A stretch of DNA of 64,000 nt from an uncultured bacterium (GTDB lineage: Bacteria > Patescibacteriota > Doudnabacteria > UBA920), in contig CAVVMJ010000010.1 of assembly GCA_963749445.1 (NCBI GenBank), positions 181,738 through 245,737 on the forward strand, written 5' to 3'. The notes beneath the pieces were generated by a model. That model saw only the letters and a program-made list of their open reading frames with translations. It was not told the origin of the DNA and searched no databases. Numbering within the stretch: position 1 is the first letter of the stretch; each line of letters begins with the position of its first letter. Positions 1 to 12,314 of this stretch are shown one piece after another. The translations under genes were made by a program, and so were the position numbers.

Positions 1-51
1 GTTGTCCTTCATGCTTCTCTTTGATTTGGCGATTTGGGCTTGTGTGGCCAT
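1..51 (-). CDS. rpsN: 30S ribosomal protein S14, N-terminal fragment (runs off window)
   Basis: MATQAQIAKSKR... directly downstream of rplE, the canonical spc operon position. Confidence 0.75.
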   Translation of the reverse strand, partial: MATQAQIAKSKRSMKDN

Positions 52-55
52 TTTA

Positions 56-129
56 TTAGCTGTTAGCGTTTAGCTGTTAGCGTTTAGCCAACCAGTTTTG
101 CCTGGCTAAATGCTAAATGCTAAATGCTA
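56..129. repeat. Inverted heptamer-array hairpin (TTAGCNN)n...(NNGCTAA)n; copies at 1586-1673, 7903-7973, 17058-17129, 17555-17630
   Basis: 7-bp periodic arms around a TAGCCA...TGGCTA core. Confidence 0.85.
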
Positions 130-138
130 CTTGCAGAA

Positions 139-675
139 TTATTTTTTAAAAGGAAAACCGAGTTCTTTAAGCAATTCCCTGGCGACCTCGTCCTTGCCTG
201 CGTTGGTAATGACGGAAACTTCCAGCCCGAAAATATTTTCCAGCGCGCCGGCGGACATTTCTGGAAACACCAAATGTTCGCGCACGCCCAAATGATAATT
301 GCCGCGGCCGTCAAAATTCGCCGTTACCCCTTGGAAATCGCGCACGCGGGGCAAAGCCACATTAACGAGTTTGTCCAAAAAACTGTACATCCTAAACCCC
401 CGCAAAGTTACCATCACCCCGACAATTTGGTTTTCCCTGACTTTAAATCCGGAAATGGACTTTCTGGCCTGTGTCTTAACCGGCGCCTGTCCGGTAATCT
501 TGGCCACGTCGGCAATAACGGCGTCCACTTTTTTCTTGTCTTCCTTAATTTTGCCCACGCCGCAGTTGACCACCACTTTGGTAATTTTCGGCACTGCCAA
601 AACATTGGCAAAACCAAACTTTTGCTTTAGCGACGGAATCACTTTTTTGATGTATTGTTCTTGGAGTCGTTCCAT
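139..675 (-). CDS. rplE: 50S ribosomal protein L5
   Basis: VPKITKVVVNCGVG, ALPRVRDFQG, FDGRGNY motifs; start at MERLQ (upstream extension is repeat-derived). Confidence 0.97.
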   Translation of the reverse strand: MERLQEQYIKKVIPSLKQKFGFANVLAVPKITKVVVNCGVGKIKEDKKKVDAVIADVAKITGQAPVKTQARKSISGFKVRENQIVGVMVTLRGFRMYSFLDKLVNVALPRVRDFQGVTANFDGRGNYHLGVREHLVFPEMSAGALENIFGLEVSVITNAGKDEVARELLKELGFPFKK

Positions 676-750
676 GTTAGTGGGTAGTAAGTAGTTAGTA
701 GGCATGTAGCCTGCGTGGCTACTTACTACTTACTACTGACTATTTGCTAA

Positions 751-1068
751 TTAAACTGCTTTCCCGCTCTGCTTAGCCACTCTCTGCTTGTTGCCGTTTT
801 CCAAAAATTTAAAACCAATGCGCGAAGGATTGCCGGAATTGGGGTCAACCAGCATGACTTTGGAGACCGAAACCGGGGCGGCGAACACAATCTTTTTTCC
901 GCTTTCCCCGGCTTTCCGGCCGCGTTCAAATTTGGTATGCATGTTGACATTATCCACCACCACTTTACCGCGGGCTGGCAGCACGGTCAAAATTTTGCCG
1001 GTCTTGCCTTTGTCTTTGCCGGACAGCACTTTTACGGTATCGCCTTTTTTTATTCGTAGTTTGTTCAT
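751..1068 (-). CDS. rplX: 50S ribosomal protein L24
   Basis: IKKGDTVKVLSGKDKGKTG KOW motif; synteny. Confidence 0.97.
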   Translation of the reverse strand: MNKLRIKKGDTVKVLSGKDKGKTGKILTVLPARGKVVVDNVNMHTKFERGRKAGESGKKIVFAAPVSVSKVMLVDPNSGNPSRIGFKFLENGNKQRVAKQSGKAV

Positions 1069-1180
1069 ATAAATTTCCTTCGAACTTACGAACTTATCGA
1101 ACTACGAACTCAGGGTATTGCTGATGGTGGACTTACGGTTCGTAGTTCGTTTTGGTTCGTAAGTTCGTAGGACGCTCCTC

Positions 1181-1573
1181 TTAGATGACTTCTGGAGCGA
1201 GCGAAACTATCTTCTTAAATCCGTCCTCGTAATCGCCAATGGCCTTTTCGCGAATCTCTCTCGGGATGGGGCCAAAAATGCGGGTACCCTTTGGCTCGCC
1301 TGATTCCTTGTCCACCAGCACGCCGGCGTTTTCGTCAAACCGGATATAGGAGCCGTCTTTGCGGCGGATTTCCTTTCTTAAACGGACAATAACCGCATAA
1401 ACTTTGTCGCCCTTTTTGATGGAGGTATTGGGGGCAACCTGCTTAACCGAACCGGCAATAATATCACCCACTGTCGCAAAACGCCTGCTGTTCTTGCCGT
1501 TAACCGAAAAGACGTTGACGATTTTCGCGCCCGTGTTATCCGCTATTTTAATCCAGGAACGTACTTGTAGCAT
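1181..1573 (-). CDS. rplN: 50S ribosomal protein L14
   Basis: [35 protein letters not shown]. Confidence 0.98.
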   Translation of the reverse strand: MLQVRSWIKIADNTGAKIVNVFSVNGKNSRRFATVGDIIAGSVKQVAPNTSIKKGDKVYAVIVRLRKEIRRKDGSYIRFDENAGVLVDKESGEPKGTRIFGPIPREIREKAIGDYEDGFKKIVSLAPEVI

Positions 1574-1675
1574 TGTGTTGGCTTATTAGTCGTTAGCGTT
1601 TAGCTTTTAGCAGTTAGCGTTTAGCCATTCAGTATTGCCTGGCTAAGTGCTAAATGCTAACGGCTAAGTGCTATT

Positions 1676-1921
1676 TTAAGCTTTAGAAATCACCTTGAAC
1701 CTCTTATCTTTAGATATCGGCCGGCAGGACTCAATTACAACCTTATCGCCGACGTGGTATTCGTTATTCTCACTGTGCGCCTTAAACTTTCTGGTAATCT
1801 TGTAAGATTTATGGTATTTCGGGTGGCGCTTCTTAGTGTCAACCTTAACCACCACGGTTTTTTGCATCTTATCCGATACCACGGTTCCAATAAGCTGTTG
1901 TTTTTTTGTAGTTGAATCCAT
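1676..1921 (-). CDS. rpsQ: 30S ribosomal protein S17
   Basis: GTVVSDKMQKTVVV, HPKY, CRPISKDK. Confidence 0.97.
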   Translation of the reverse strand: MDSTTKKQQLIGTVVSDKMQKTVVVKVDTKKRHPKYHKSYKITRKFKAHSENNEYHVGDKVVIESCRPISKDKRFKVISKA

Positions 1922-1986
1922 AATCCAATTGAGGATTACGGATTACGGATTACGGGTTAATCCGCAATGCGTAATTCGTAATTATA

Positions 1987-2175
1987 TTAAATCTTCTTAC
2001 TTTGTAAAAATGTCAGTATGCGTGCAATATCCTTCTTAACCGCGCCAATTTGGCGGTTGTTCTTTAACTGGTTCAGCCTGGCTTTAACCGAAAGCTCGTG
2101 CGCCTGCGCCCGCAATTCGCCCAACAGATGTTTGAGCTCAGCTTCGGTTTTGGTTGTAAGTTCTTTGTACTTCAT
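1987..2175 (-). CDS. rpmC: 50S ribosomal protein L29
   Basis: VKKDIARILT; between rplP and rpsQ. Confidence 0.93.
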   Translation of the reverse strand: MKYKELTTKTEAELKHLLGELRAQAHELSVKARLNQLKNNRQIGAVKKDIARILTFLQSKKI

Positions 2176-2189
2176 AGATTCTTCTTTAT

Positions 2190-2329
2190 TCCCCTCTCCA
2201 ATTTATGGAGAGGGTGCCCGACCGCTACTAGAACTTAAAAGGAAGCGGGAGGGCGGGAGAGATTAAGTCCTGGTTTTAACCTCTCTGTCCCGACTAAAGT
2301 CGGGACATCTCCCCATTAAATGGGGAGAA
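2190..2329. repeat. Double-hairpin element pair, gene-less, head-to-head
   Basis: CCCTCTCC..GGAGAGGG; AACCTCTCTGTCCCGAC..GTCGGGACATCTCCCC..GGGGAGA. Confidence 0.75.
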
Positions 2330-2346
2330 TAATATTGTGCTTCGCT

Positions 2347-2763
2347 CTATCCCTGTTTTTCATTCACCAAAAATTTGCTCTTAACTGGCAGCTTATAGCT
2401 GGCCAACCGCATGGCTTCTTGCGCCTGCTCCCTAGTTACGCCGTCCATCTCAAACAAAATCTTGCCTTTTTTTACCACCGAAACAAAATGGTCCACCGCG
2501 CCTTTGCCGCCGCCCATCGGGGATTCATTGCCATGCACCGTGACCGGTTTGTCCGCGAACACGCGAATCCAAATTTTACCGCCGCGCTGGACATAGCGCG
2601 TCATGGCGCGCCGAGCCGCCTCAATCTGCCGTGCCGTCACCCAGGAACTTTCCAGAGCCTTTAAGGCAAACTGCCCAAACGCGATTTCCTGCCCGGCCGT
2701 GGCCTGCCCTTTGGTGGTTCCGCGATGGTGCTTGCGGTGTTTTAATTTCTTCGGTATAAACAT
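2347..2763 (-). CDS. rplP: 50S ribosomal protein L16
   Basis: [31 protein letters not shown]. Confidence 0.98.
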   Translation of the reverse strand: MFIPKKLKHRKHHRGTTKGQATAGQEIAFGQFALKALESSWVTARQIEAARRAMTRYVQRGGKIWIRVFADKPVTVHGNESPMGGGKGAVDHFVSVVKKGKILFEMDGVTREQAQEAMRLASYKLPVKSKFLVNEKQG

Positions 2764-2871
2764 ATGGTTGGTTATCTTACTTTCTTTACTAACTACTAAT
2801 CGGTACTAATATACTAATCTCTAAGGTCTTCATTAGTATATTCGTAAAAATTAGTAGTTAGTAAAGACAGA

Positions 2872-3557
2872 TTACTTAGCTCTTTCTTCGGCTAAAACCG
2901 GTTTCTTTCCCCCATCTTTCTTCTCCTCAAAACATCTCCCTTATAAATCCAAACCTTTATCCCGACCGTGCCGTAAGTGGTAAACGCCGTACTCCTGGCA
3001 AAGTCAATGTCGGCGCGCAGAGTATGCAAAGGGATTTTGCCGTTTGACAAATGCTCGGTACGCGCAATGTCCGCGCCGTTAAGCCGCCCGCCGATGGCCA
3101 CTTTGGCCCCTTTGGCTCCGGCCTGCATAATCTGCTCCAAAGACTGCTTCATCAGCCGGCGGAAAGCCACACGTTTTTCCAGCTGTTCGGCAATGCCGTT
3201 GGCAACCACCTGGGCCTGCAAATTTATGTCGCGCACTTCCTCAATGTTAACCTTTAATTCTTTTTTAATGCCGAGCTTGCTCTTAATCTTTTTTTTCAGC
3301 TCTTCAATTCCCGCGCCGCCCTTGCCGATAATCAAGTCCGGGTTTGGTGGTTTTGACAATGACGTTGATTGTCCCGTCGCCCATGCGCTCAATGTCAATG
3401 CGGACCAAGCCGGCTTTTTTTAGGTGCTTTTCCAGATACTCGCGGATCTGACGTCTTCCTGAAGCTGCTGTATATAATGCCCTTTGGAAAACCACCGGGA
3501 TTTCCAGGTATCGGTAATGTTCATGCGGAACGATGTGGGATTGATCTTATGGCCCAT
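2872..3557 (-). CDS. rpsC: 30S ribosomal protein S3 (split by several frameshifts, probably assembly errors)
   Basis: MGHKINP start; IIGKGGAGIEEL, GRLNGADIAR, IPLHTLRADID, TTYGTVGIKVWIYKG spread over different frames. Confidence 0.93.
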
Positions 3558-3762
3558 AATTTATAGATAGTTATTGGTTATAGGGTGTAGCGGCCGGTAC
3601 GGGGAAAGGTAATAGGGTATTGGTTTTGGCGGCCGGTGTAGTGGTAGGTTTTAAGGTCTCTGTTACCTAAAACCCATTCCTTACAACCACACCGGACGCC
3701 ACACCTTATACCTTACTACTTATTTCTGTACTAGCCGCCACACCTTATACCTTATTACTGCT

Positions 3763-4367
3763 CTACTCCCCGGACTTTCTATTAAACAGTCTTCTCTTGT
3801 TCTGCATCCGGTTCTCTTTTCTCTGCTCGTCACTCCTGAACAGTTCGCGCTTTTTCGGGGCGTCCGATGTTTCCTTAATGTTGTGGCTTCCTTTTGGTCC
3901 ACGCTCATTTCCGCCGGCCGAAGGTCCCCCGAAGCTTTAGCGGAGGGGGGCTTCTCATCTTTCTTGAACAAAGCGAATCTACTCTTGGACTTAACGCCGG
4001 TCTTGCGCAGTTCCAAAACCAAATTCACGTGCGACAGTTTGCGGCGGATGACAAAAGCGCTGCCGCGGGCGCGGGGGAAATATCGCTTCAAAACTTTACC
4101 CATATCCGCGGTAATGCTTTTGATAAATAAGTGATCAATATCAAGAGAAAAATTATTTTTGGCGTTAGCCATGGCGGAACTTTAAAAGCTTAGCCACCAT
4201 GGGCGCGCCTTTTTTGTTGGATGCTGCAGCTGGACCATCGCCTCATTGGCATTCATGCCCTTAATGACATTCGTCACTAGCCGGATTTTGCTCGGTGCAA
4301 GATGAAGATCGCGGGCGGAGGCCGTAACGAACTTGTGATGATTCGGTTGTGGATATGCTTTGGGCAT
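3763..4367 (-). CDS. rplV: 50S ribosomal protein L22 with long basic C-terminal extension (frameshifted)
   Basis: APSKIRLVTNVI; ANAKNN, LKRYFPRARGSA, SHV in a second frame. Confidence 0.92.
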
Positions 4368-4491
4368 TTTATAAATTATTTACTTACTGTAATTTCTAAT
4401 TGCCTAATAATTTCTAATACTTAATATCTATTTATAAACCATACTTTGACATTCGACATTTGATATTGGCATTGTTGAAATAAATTGAAAA

Positions 4492-4836
4492 TTAAAATTG
4501 GTTAATTATTTCTTCGGTCTCTTTCGCCGCCGCCAACTTCGCCTTCTCCGCTTCCGCGGCCGCCATTTCCTGTTCCTTGGCCATCTTGCCGCCGTGGCGG
4601 ATGAATTTGCGGGTCAAAGCGAATTCTCCCAATTTGTGTCCGACCATATTTTCCGTAACGAACACCGGCACATGCGCCCGGCCATTATGCACCAAAAAAG
4701 TAAATCCCACAAATTCCGGCGCAATGGAACAAGCCCGCGACCAGGTCTTAATCTGGTCCTTGCCGGCTTTCCCCGCCAAAACTTTCTTTAACACCCGCGG
4801 GTCTACGTATGGTCCTTTTTTGGATGATCTGGACAT
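4492..4836 (-). CDS. rpsS: 30S ribosomal protein S19
   Basis: [35 protein letters not shown]. Confidence 0.98.
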   Translation of the reverse strand: MSRSSKKGPYVDPRVLKKVLAGKAGKDQIKTWSRACSIAPEFVGFTFLVHNGRAHVPVFVTENMVGHKLGEFALTRKFIRHGGKMAKEQEMAAAEAEKAKLAAAKETEEIINQF

Positions 4837-4839
4837 AGG

Positions 4840-5730
4840 TTACTTAATAATTCGAAAACTTGAAAGAATTTTATTAAAAATTGAAGCATCGATATTGGTA
4901 AGATTAAACACATAAACTTTCCCATTCAAATCAGCCTCGTACATTTGGGTTTCAATCATGCCTAATCCAATAAAAGTTGTCCACTTAATAGAATTGATAG
5001 TCTGTGTTTTTAAACTGCCCGGCTGAATATCAGTTTTTGATCCGGCAACGTTGTAAAAACTCAATTCAGATGGCACTCCATCAGACATACAATTCTTATA
5101 CTGGTTCTCTGCCGTGCAATTTTTTGCATTTTCGTCTTGTTTTTGCTTGGTTGACGCTGAAACAAAAGTTAAGCCTTGACTATTAGATTCTACTATCCAA
5201 TCAGCAGGAATATTTACCTTAAAACCATATTGTGCACTAGAATAAGTTTTCCAATTTGCAGTCTGGCTATTGGCAAATTTTATTGGCAAACGAAATTCCT
5301 CAATATTTGACCCGTCCTTCTCTTCCTCGCTCTTAAAAACTAAAACACCGGTCTGTGTTGCCAAATGACTCATCATTTCCCTGTCGCCTACCGTAGCTTC
5401 AAAATAAGCCGGAAATTTCATCCAATCGCCCGTAATTTGCAAAGGCGCTATTTCGCTTACCGCTTTGTTGTTTGCGTCAAAAACTTGGACATTTCCAGCG
5501 ACGCCTTCAAACGCGCTCCACCCTTGGCCATCAAGATACCCTTTTACCGTAATTGGCAACTGAACTTCCTGATTCATTACCGGCTGTTCTACCACAATAC
5601 CTTTCATCTGCTGATTTTGCGCAAGCCCGCCTTGACTCGCCGAAGGCGAGACAGGTTGAACCTGCGCTGTCTGCTTGTTGCAGGCCGCGGCGAGAAGCAG
5701 AATTGGAATTGCGATGAAAAGCTTTTTCAT
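4840..5730 (-). CDS. Putative lipoprotein (Ig-like domain plus PsbP-like WKTY domain) inserted in the S10 operon
   Basis: MKKLFIAIPILLLAAAC lipobox; WxAFEG motif; NWKTYSSAQYGFKVNIPADW. Confidence 0.75.
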   Translation of the reverse strand: MKKLFIAIPILLLAAACNKQTAQVQPVSPSASQGGLAQNQQMKGIVVEQPVMNQEVQLPITVKGYLDGQGWSAFEGVAGNVQVFDANNKAVSEIAPLQITGDWMKFPAYFEATVGDREMMSHLATQTGVLVFKSEEEKDGSNIEEFRLPIKFANSQTANWKTYSSAQYGFKVNIPADWIVESNSQGLTFVSASTKQKQDENAKNCTAENQYKNCMSDGVPSELSFYNVAGSKTDIQPGSLKTQTINSIKWTTFIGLGMIETQMYEADLNGKVYVFNLTNIDASIFNKILSSFRIIK

Positions 5731-5739
5731 AATGTTTAT

Positions 5740-5871
5740 CTCCAACCACCTCCCCCGCCTGCGGCGGGTACTCCTCCTTAAAAAGGAGGAGAGCTCCGCG
5801 GTATTGCGGATAACTGCGGAGCTTCCCTCCTGCCAAGGAGGGATGTCCCGCAAAGCGGGACGGGGTGGTTG
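5740..5871. repeat. Double-hairpin element pair, tail-to-tail
   Basis: CTCCAACCACC...GCTCCGCG spacer GCGGAGC...GGGGTGGTTG. Confidence 0.9.
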
Positions 5872-5886
5872 TTAAATGTTAAATGT

Positions 5887-6728
5887 TTACTTCTGCCTGC
5901 GTTGGATAATCATCCGATTGGAATATTTTTTCTTCAATCTTGTCTTTACTCCCAAAGCGTGCTTTCCCCAGGGAGTCTTTGGATATTTCATACCAATCGG
6001 GTTGTGGCCTTCGCCGCCGCCGTGCGGGTGGTCTACCGGGTTCATAACTTTACCTCTTACGTCGGCCGCCAGCCCATATGCCGCATTCTTCCGGCCTTGC
6101 CAATCCTGACGTTCATCCAGTCCGCGTTCGCCAGCTGGCCGATGGACGCCAAAACCTGTCAGGCACGCTGCGGATTTCGCCGCTGGGCATTTTAAGCAAA
6201 GCGTAACCCGCTTCCACAGTCTGTAATATAGCATAATTGCCGGCGGAGCGGGCGATTTTGCCGCCCTGTCCCGGGAATCAATTCAATGTCGTGGATAAAG
6301 TGACCGACCGGAATATTTTTTACCATCAGCCGGTTGCCGGGATGGATGTCCGCGGCTCTCGCCGTACATAATTTTGTCGCCGACCTTAAGCCCCTCTGGC
6401 GTCAAAATAAAACGCTTGCTGCCGTCTTTATAAGAAACCAGCGAAATAAACGCCGTGCGCGTCGGATCGTATTCCATGGTCTAAGAATTTAGCCGGAATA
6501 TTTTTTTTGTCCAGCTCTGGAAAAATCCACAATCCTGGACTTTGCGGATAGCGCCGCCGCCCTGGTGCCGCACGGTAATTTTGCCGCTGTTGTTGCGGCC
6601 GGCCGGCTTTGGCTTTGCTGACAATTAGTCCTTTGGGCGTTTATGGCGTTTATCCAAAACCGAATAGTCGGTAACCTGAATGGATGCGTCTGCCCTGCTG
6701 ATGTTGGTTTGTAGAGTTTTACTGCCAT
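5887..6728 (-). CDS. rplB: 50S ribosomal protein L2 (multiple frameshifts)
   Basis: [12 protein letters not shown]; [10 protein letters not shown]; [23 protein letters not shown] in different frames. Confidence 0.93.
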
Positions 6729-6792
6729 AAATTAGTTAGTAGTTGGTAGTGAGTAGGGGGTAGCCAGCAGCTGTTTGACTACTAACTACTTA

Positions 6793-7173
6793 CTACCCAG
6801 TAAATGCTAAATTGTCTCCGTTGCCCTCTATCTTCTGCCCTTTCTTTAAAGTGACAATGGCTTTTTTAAAACCGGAAGTATGGCCGGAAATCCGGCCGGC
6901 ATTGCGCGTCTTGCCTTTAGTGTTTAAAATATTAACAAAAATCACGTTAACTTTATAAAACCGTTCAACCGATTTCTTGATTTCCACTTTGTTGGCATGC
7001 TTTATAACGTTAAATACGTATTTGCCGCTTTCAGCCAGCTGGCCGGCTTTTTCGGAAATCCTGGGGCCCAGCAAAACCATGGGCATGCCGGAGGCAGCGG
7101 ATGATGCGGCAGCGGCCGATGAAGCCGCGGGCTTGGTTTCTTGCGTTTCTTCCTTTTTGCTGAATAATGCCAT
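6793..7173 (-). CDS. rplW: 50S ribosomal protein L23
   Basis: PRISEKA, ANKVEIKKSVE, KKAIVTLKKG. Confidence 0.95.
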   Translation of the reverse strand: MALFSKKEETQETKPAASSAAAASSAASGMPMVLLGPRISEKAGQLAESGKYVFNVIKHANKVEIKKSVERFYKVNVIFVNILNTKGKTRNAGRISGHTSGFKKAIVTLKKGQKIEGNGDNLAFTG

Positions 7174-7199
7174 ATTATTTACAGATTTATGGGCGCACT

Positions 7200-7252
7200 G
7201 TAGGGGAAGATATTATCTTCCCTTTAAACGGGCGGATGATATCCGCCCCTAC
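7200..7252. repeat. GTAG-type REP doublet overlapping the rplD stop
   Basis: GTAGGGGAAGAT..ATCTTCCC ... GGGCGGAT..ATCCGCCCCTAC. Confidence 0.8.
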
Positions 7253-7895
7253 TTCTTATTAAGATATGTTTTCTCAATAACCGGTAAAGAATCTTTTAAT
7301 ACAATAATGCTGTCCGCCTTTAATACATCCACTATATTCAAACTGTTGGCCAAAACCGTAGTCAGACTCGGGATATTGCGGGAAGCGCGAAACAGCTTGT
7401 CGTCTTTCTTGGGCATCAAAAACATATTTTTCCTGCCCATATCCTTTACCGATTTTTGAAAGCCGGCCAAAATTTCGGCGAATTCCTTGGTCTTGGGTTT
7501 TTCCATGACAATTTGGTCCACGACGATAAACTGGTTATTCTTGGCTTTATCCGAAACGACATAAACAACGCTTTGGTTTTGGCCTTTTTGTTAATCTTTA
7601 ATTCCCAATTCTGGTTGGCGCGCGGGCCGAAAGTAATGCCGCCGTGGCGCCAAATCGGGCTGCGGGTGCTGCCCACGCGGGCGCGGCCCGTGCCTTTTTG
7701 CTTCCAGGGTTTTTTGCCGCCGCCGCTGACTTCGCCGCGGGTTTTGGTATTGCTGGTGCCTTGGCGGGAATTGGACTGGCTAATGCGCACGGCTTCGGCC
7801 AGCAAATGCTCAGAGGGTTTGACTTCAAAAATCTTGGGATTGAGTTCAATCTCTCCGATTTTTTCAGCTGTCTGGTTGTAAAGCGTTGTCTTCAT
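7249..7895 (-). CDS. rplD: 50S ribosomal protein L4 (one frameshift near 7555)
   Basis: [27 protein letters not shown]; ASRNIP in the next frame. Confidence 0.95.
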
Positions 7896-7976
7896 GTATG
7901 AAAAGCTTTTAGCGATTAGCGATTAGCCAGCAAAACTGTATGGCTAAATGCTACTTGCTAAACGCTAAATGCTTGC

Positions 7977-8642
7977 TTACTTCTTCTTTTTCTCTTCCTT
8001 AACTTCCGTAATCTTAACAAGCGGTTTTACTACGCCCGTGGAAATAATCCTGACAAGTCCGTTGCGATACCCAGGCACCGCGCCCTTGACTGAAATCAGA
8101 TTTTTTTTGGCGTCAACTTCCACCACTTGTAAATTCTTAACAGTCACTTGTTGTACGCCCATATGTCCGGCCATCCTTAAACCTTTGCGGGTGTGCTGGG
8201 GAAAGCGCTGGCCAATGGAACCCACGCTGCGCGGTTTGTTATGGCCGTGGGTCATGGGAAAACCTTTAAAGCCGTGGCGTTTCATGGCTCCGGCAAAACC
8301 GCGGCCCTTGCCCACGCCAATGGCGTTAACCAGTTCGCCGGCCTGAAAACCGCTGACGTCAATCTTTTGGCCGCGCTGATAAGGCTTGGTGTCGCTGACC
8401 TTAAATTCTGATAAAACGGCAAAAGCACCCAAATCCTTCAAATGTCCCGCAATGGATTTTGATGCTTTTCTCTTTTTACCAATTCCGACTTGCACCGCGC
8501 TGTACTTATCTCTTCCTTCCACGGATTTAATCTGAGTAACTATCATCGGGTCTGCCTGGATTACGGTCACCGGCAAAACCGCCCCGCTCTGGGGATCAAA
8601 ATACTGCGTCATATTCAGTTTTCGTCCGATGAGGAAATTCAT
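7977..8642 (-). CDS. rplC: 50S ribosomal protein L3
   Basis: GRKLNMTQ, KGRGFAGAMKRHGF, MAGHMG, VKGAVPG. Confidence 0.98.
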   Translation of the reverse strand: MNFLIGRKLNMTQYFDPQSGAVLPVTVIQADPMIVTQIKSVEGRDKYSAVQVGIGKKRKASKSIAGHLKDLGAFAVLSEFKVSDTKPYQRGQKIDVSGFQAGELVNAIGVGKGRGFAGAMKRHGFKGFPMTHGHNKPRSVGSIGQRFPQHTRKGLRMAGHMGVQQVTVKNLQVVEVDAKKNLISVKGAVPGYRNGLVRIISTGVVKPLVKITEVKEEKKKK

Positions 8643-8879
8643 TTATCCGCCAAAATTTTTAATCAATTATTATAAATATTTTAACTGTCATCTGCTTATA
8701 TTTTTATACAACCCCCGTTTATTGTATAAAAATTTAGGCGGATGAATAAAAAAATGGCTAGATGGCAACCATCTACCCAAAAATATCTTTAGGAAATTTT
8801 CGAATAAATGGTTATCTGATAATCAAAGCTTGTTGGACTTTTAATTAACAGAACTCACTTATGCCGATATTTAATTTTC

Positions 8880-9203
8880 TTAACTCATTTTAATTTCTAC
8901 ATCCACCCCGGCCGGCAAATTCAAGTTAGTCAAAGAATCTATGGTTTTGGGCGTAGCGTCGGTAATATCAATTAACCTCTTATGGACCCGCATTTCAAAC
9001 TGTTCGCGGCTGTCTTTATGCACAAAAGTTGAGCGCAATACCGTGTATTTGCTCTTTTCCGTGGGCAGCGGGATGGGACCGCAAATGCTGGCGCCCGTGC
9101 GCTTAGCCGTGTCCACAATCTGCTTGGAACTTTGGTCTATGAGCTTGTGATCGTAAGCCCGGATTTTAATGCGAATTTTGGGCTTAGCCGCTTCCTTGTC
9201 CAT
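8880..9203 (-). CDS. rpsJ: 30S ribosomal protein S10
   Basis: [44 protein letters not shown]. Confidence 0.98.
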   Translation of the reverse strand: MDKEAAKPKIRIKIRAYDHKLIDQSSKQIVDTAKRTGASICGPIPLPTEKSKYTVLRSTFVHKDSREQFEMRVHKRLIDITDATPKTIDSLTNLNLPAGVDVEIKMS

Positions 9204-9613
9204 TTGTTAAAGATACCTTATTGCTAGCGCGTAGCGTGCCGATTTATCGGCGGTTAGTGATATTAAACTAGGCCTTTTGAAAAGCCTTTTCGTACTTGCA
9301 ATAGTTTATACTAGATGTTAAAAATTGTCAAGGAATTTAGAAATATTGACAAAATTAATCAAAAGTGCTGTAATAAAACATTAATTTCGTCAAGCTTTCT
9401 TCGCCCCTTGATTTCCGCTCACAAAACTTTGCGATTGGGAAAAAGATAAGAGTTGATAAAACGCGCGGCCGCGCGTTTTATCAACAAACAGCACCATTTC
9501 TTAAACTCACGGCCGTGAGTTTAAGAAACCTGCGATCAAATGGAATGATGGCAAAATCCGCCAGGCTCATATCTCCCATATACTGGAGCATAAAAAATAC
9601 TAACTCTCTCGAA

Positions 9614-9675
9614 CTGGATCCCGGATATTTTTTGCGGCTTATGATGTTCATCAGCGCAAAAAATCCGGGATGGAC
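9614..9675. repeat. CTGGATCCCGG...CCGGGATGAC palindrome family, single unit
   Basis: Matches 13304, 58813 and 62109. Confidence 0.85.
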
Positions 9676-9757
9676 ACATGTGTAGTTAGCCCGATTTTCT
9701 GGGCTGCCCAAATATCTCACAGCCGATAAATCGGCTAACTACGGGCTTAAATAGCCA

Positions 9758-9787
9758 AAAGGACTACCCTTTCAAGGATAGTCCTTT
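9758..9787 (-). terminator. Putative intrinsic terminator after tuf
   Basis: AAAGGACTA..TAGTCCTTT hairpin. Confidence 0.6.
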
Positions 9788-9823
9788 GTCTGTGTTAATC
9801 CGTTATCAATCCGTGTTTATCTT

Positions 9824-11015
<1,192 letters not shown>

Positions 11016-11367
11016 ACTTGTTTAAACCTTTCTTTTTCGGAGGATCGGATAAATCGGATAAATCGGAATTCTGATTTTTCCGACTTTCTGATATTCTGAT
11101 TTTTCCGAAATACTGCCCGAGATTCCCTAAGCGCTGATGCGTATCGATCCGCATAAGCGCCAAAGGGATCTCTTTTTTACGCCGAGGAGGCGTGATCCAG
11201 AGCAATAAATTAATTATTTTACCCGCCTAAACTTTGCCTTATTTATTAAAGATGGTTATTTGGATTATCCAATTGTAATTAAATTGGCCAATCCAAATTA
11301 CCATCGCAAAGTTTTGGCGGGTGAACTACAACTTATTTTAAAGATATTTCAAGGTTCTGTCAAACCG

Positions 11368-12303
11368 CTATAAGGCCCTTTCCAAAGTTAAGTTACAATG
11401 CTGGCTGACCCAAGACTGGTCAAATTCATCCAATTCCCGCCTCTGTCCGTTGAGAATGTAATACTGGCGGCTTTGGGGAGTGCCGGTTAGGGGAGGCATA
11501 TCGTTTTCTATCCACTGCTCGGGACAGACCTGGAGCTTGCCGGTTGCGGAAGGCGGGGAAGATGGCGCGGGAGCGGGAGCGGAAGTATATGAAAAGCCGT
11601 TCCTCAAAACATCAAGCTTATTCCACACATCGGCATGGTCAAATTCCGCCCTTGGTGGAGAAAAATTCCCCGCGTTGGCCCAGCGGGCGGTTTCGTCAAT
11701 TTCGTAACAAATTGTCCCGTAAAAAGCGCGGTTAAAATGGGTTTCGCTAAAATTGCCGGCTCCGGCGTCCGTGGCTACGGCCGTAATAAACACCACGCCA
11801 TTGCCCAAGGCAGCGCCTTTAACCTGGCCGCCGTTTAACTCCTGCGCGGTAAAGCTGCCGCAATCGCCAATGTTGGTTTTATCTTTTAAAACAGACACGG
11901 CAACGCCCGCTGACTCCAAATTCGTGTTTTGGTACGGCTGGCCGTTTAACACAAAACACACATCCGGCATTTCGCCGTACGGCACGCAGGCGGAAAAATT
12001 CACTCCCTTGGTATTATTCGCTTTAACTTTTGCCCCGGTAAAAAGATTAAAATAACTTAAATACAAAATCTTAAAATGTTCCGCGGCGTTATTGTAAACA
12101 TTCAAGGTCAGCGGCGGCGGCGGAACGGTTGTTTTTTGGGGAGTTGATGTTGCCGCTACCGGCGTAGACGTTGCCGGCTGGTTTTGGGCCGGTTGAATTG
12201 ATATATTTTGGCTCGCAGCCGGTACTGTCAAAACCGGCTGCGGCTTTTTAGAACAGGCGGCGGCCAAAAGTAAGATTGATGCGATGATAAAAATTTTCTT
12301 CAT
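11368..12303 (-). CDS. Putative lipoprotein, Cys-containing, with Pro/Thr-rich linkers
   Basis: MKKIFIIASILLLAAAC lipobox; C-terminal CPEQWIENDMP...FDQSWVSQHC domain. Confidence 0.75.
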   Translation of the reverse strand: MKKIFIIASILLLAAACSKKPQPVLTVPAASQNISIQPAQNQPATSTPVAATSTPQKTTVPPPPLTLNVYNNAAEHFKILYLSYFNLFTGAKVKANNTKGVNFSACVPYGEMPDVCFVLNGQPYQNTNLESAGVAVSVLKDKTNIGDCGSFTAQELNGGQVKGAALGNGVVFITAVATDAGAGNFSETHFNRAFYGTICYEIDETARWANAGNFSPPRAEFDHADVWNKLDVLRNGFSYTSAPAPAPSSPPSATGKLQVCPEQWIENDMPPLTGTPQSRQYYILNGQRRELDEFDQSWVSQHCNLTLERAL

Positions 12304-12314
12304 ATGGATTATGC

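Noticed and set aside
5731-5853. N-terminal extensions of the ORF-track lipoproteins (also 12304-12378, 18690-18737, 676-705)
   Set aside because: These are read-through of stop-poor repeat sequence; signal peptides and homology place the starts downstream.
9481-9720. ORFs in repeat-rich spacers (9481-9720, 13208-13393, 16187-16541, 21082-21522, 30698-31114, 58670-58903)
   Set aside because: They are built from palindromic repeats or overlap tRNAs and real genes, with no independent coding evidence.
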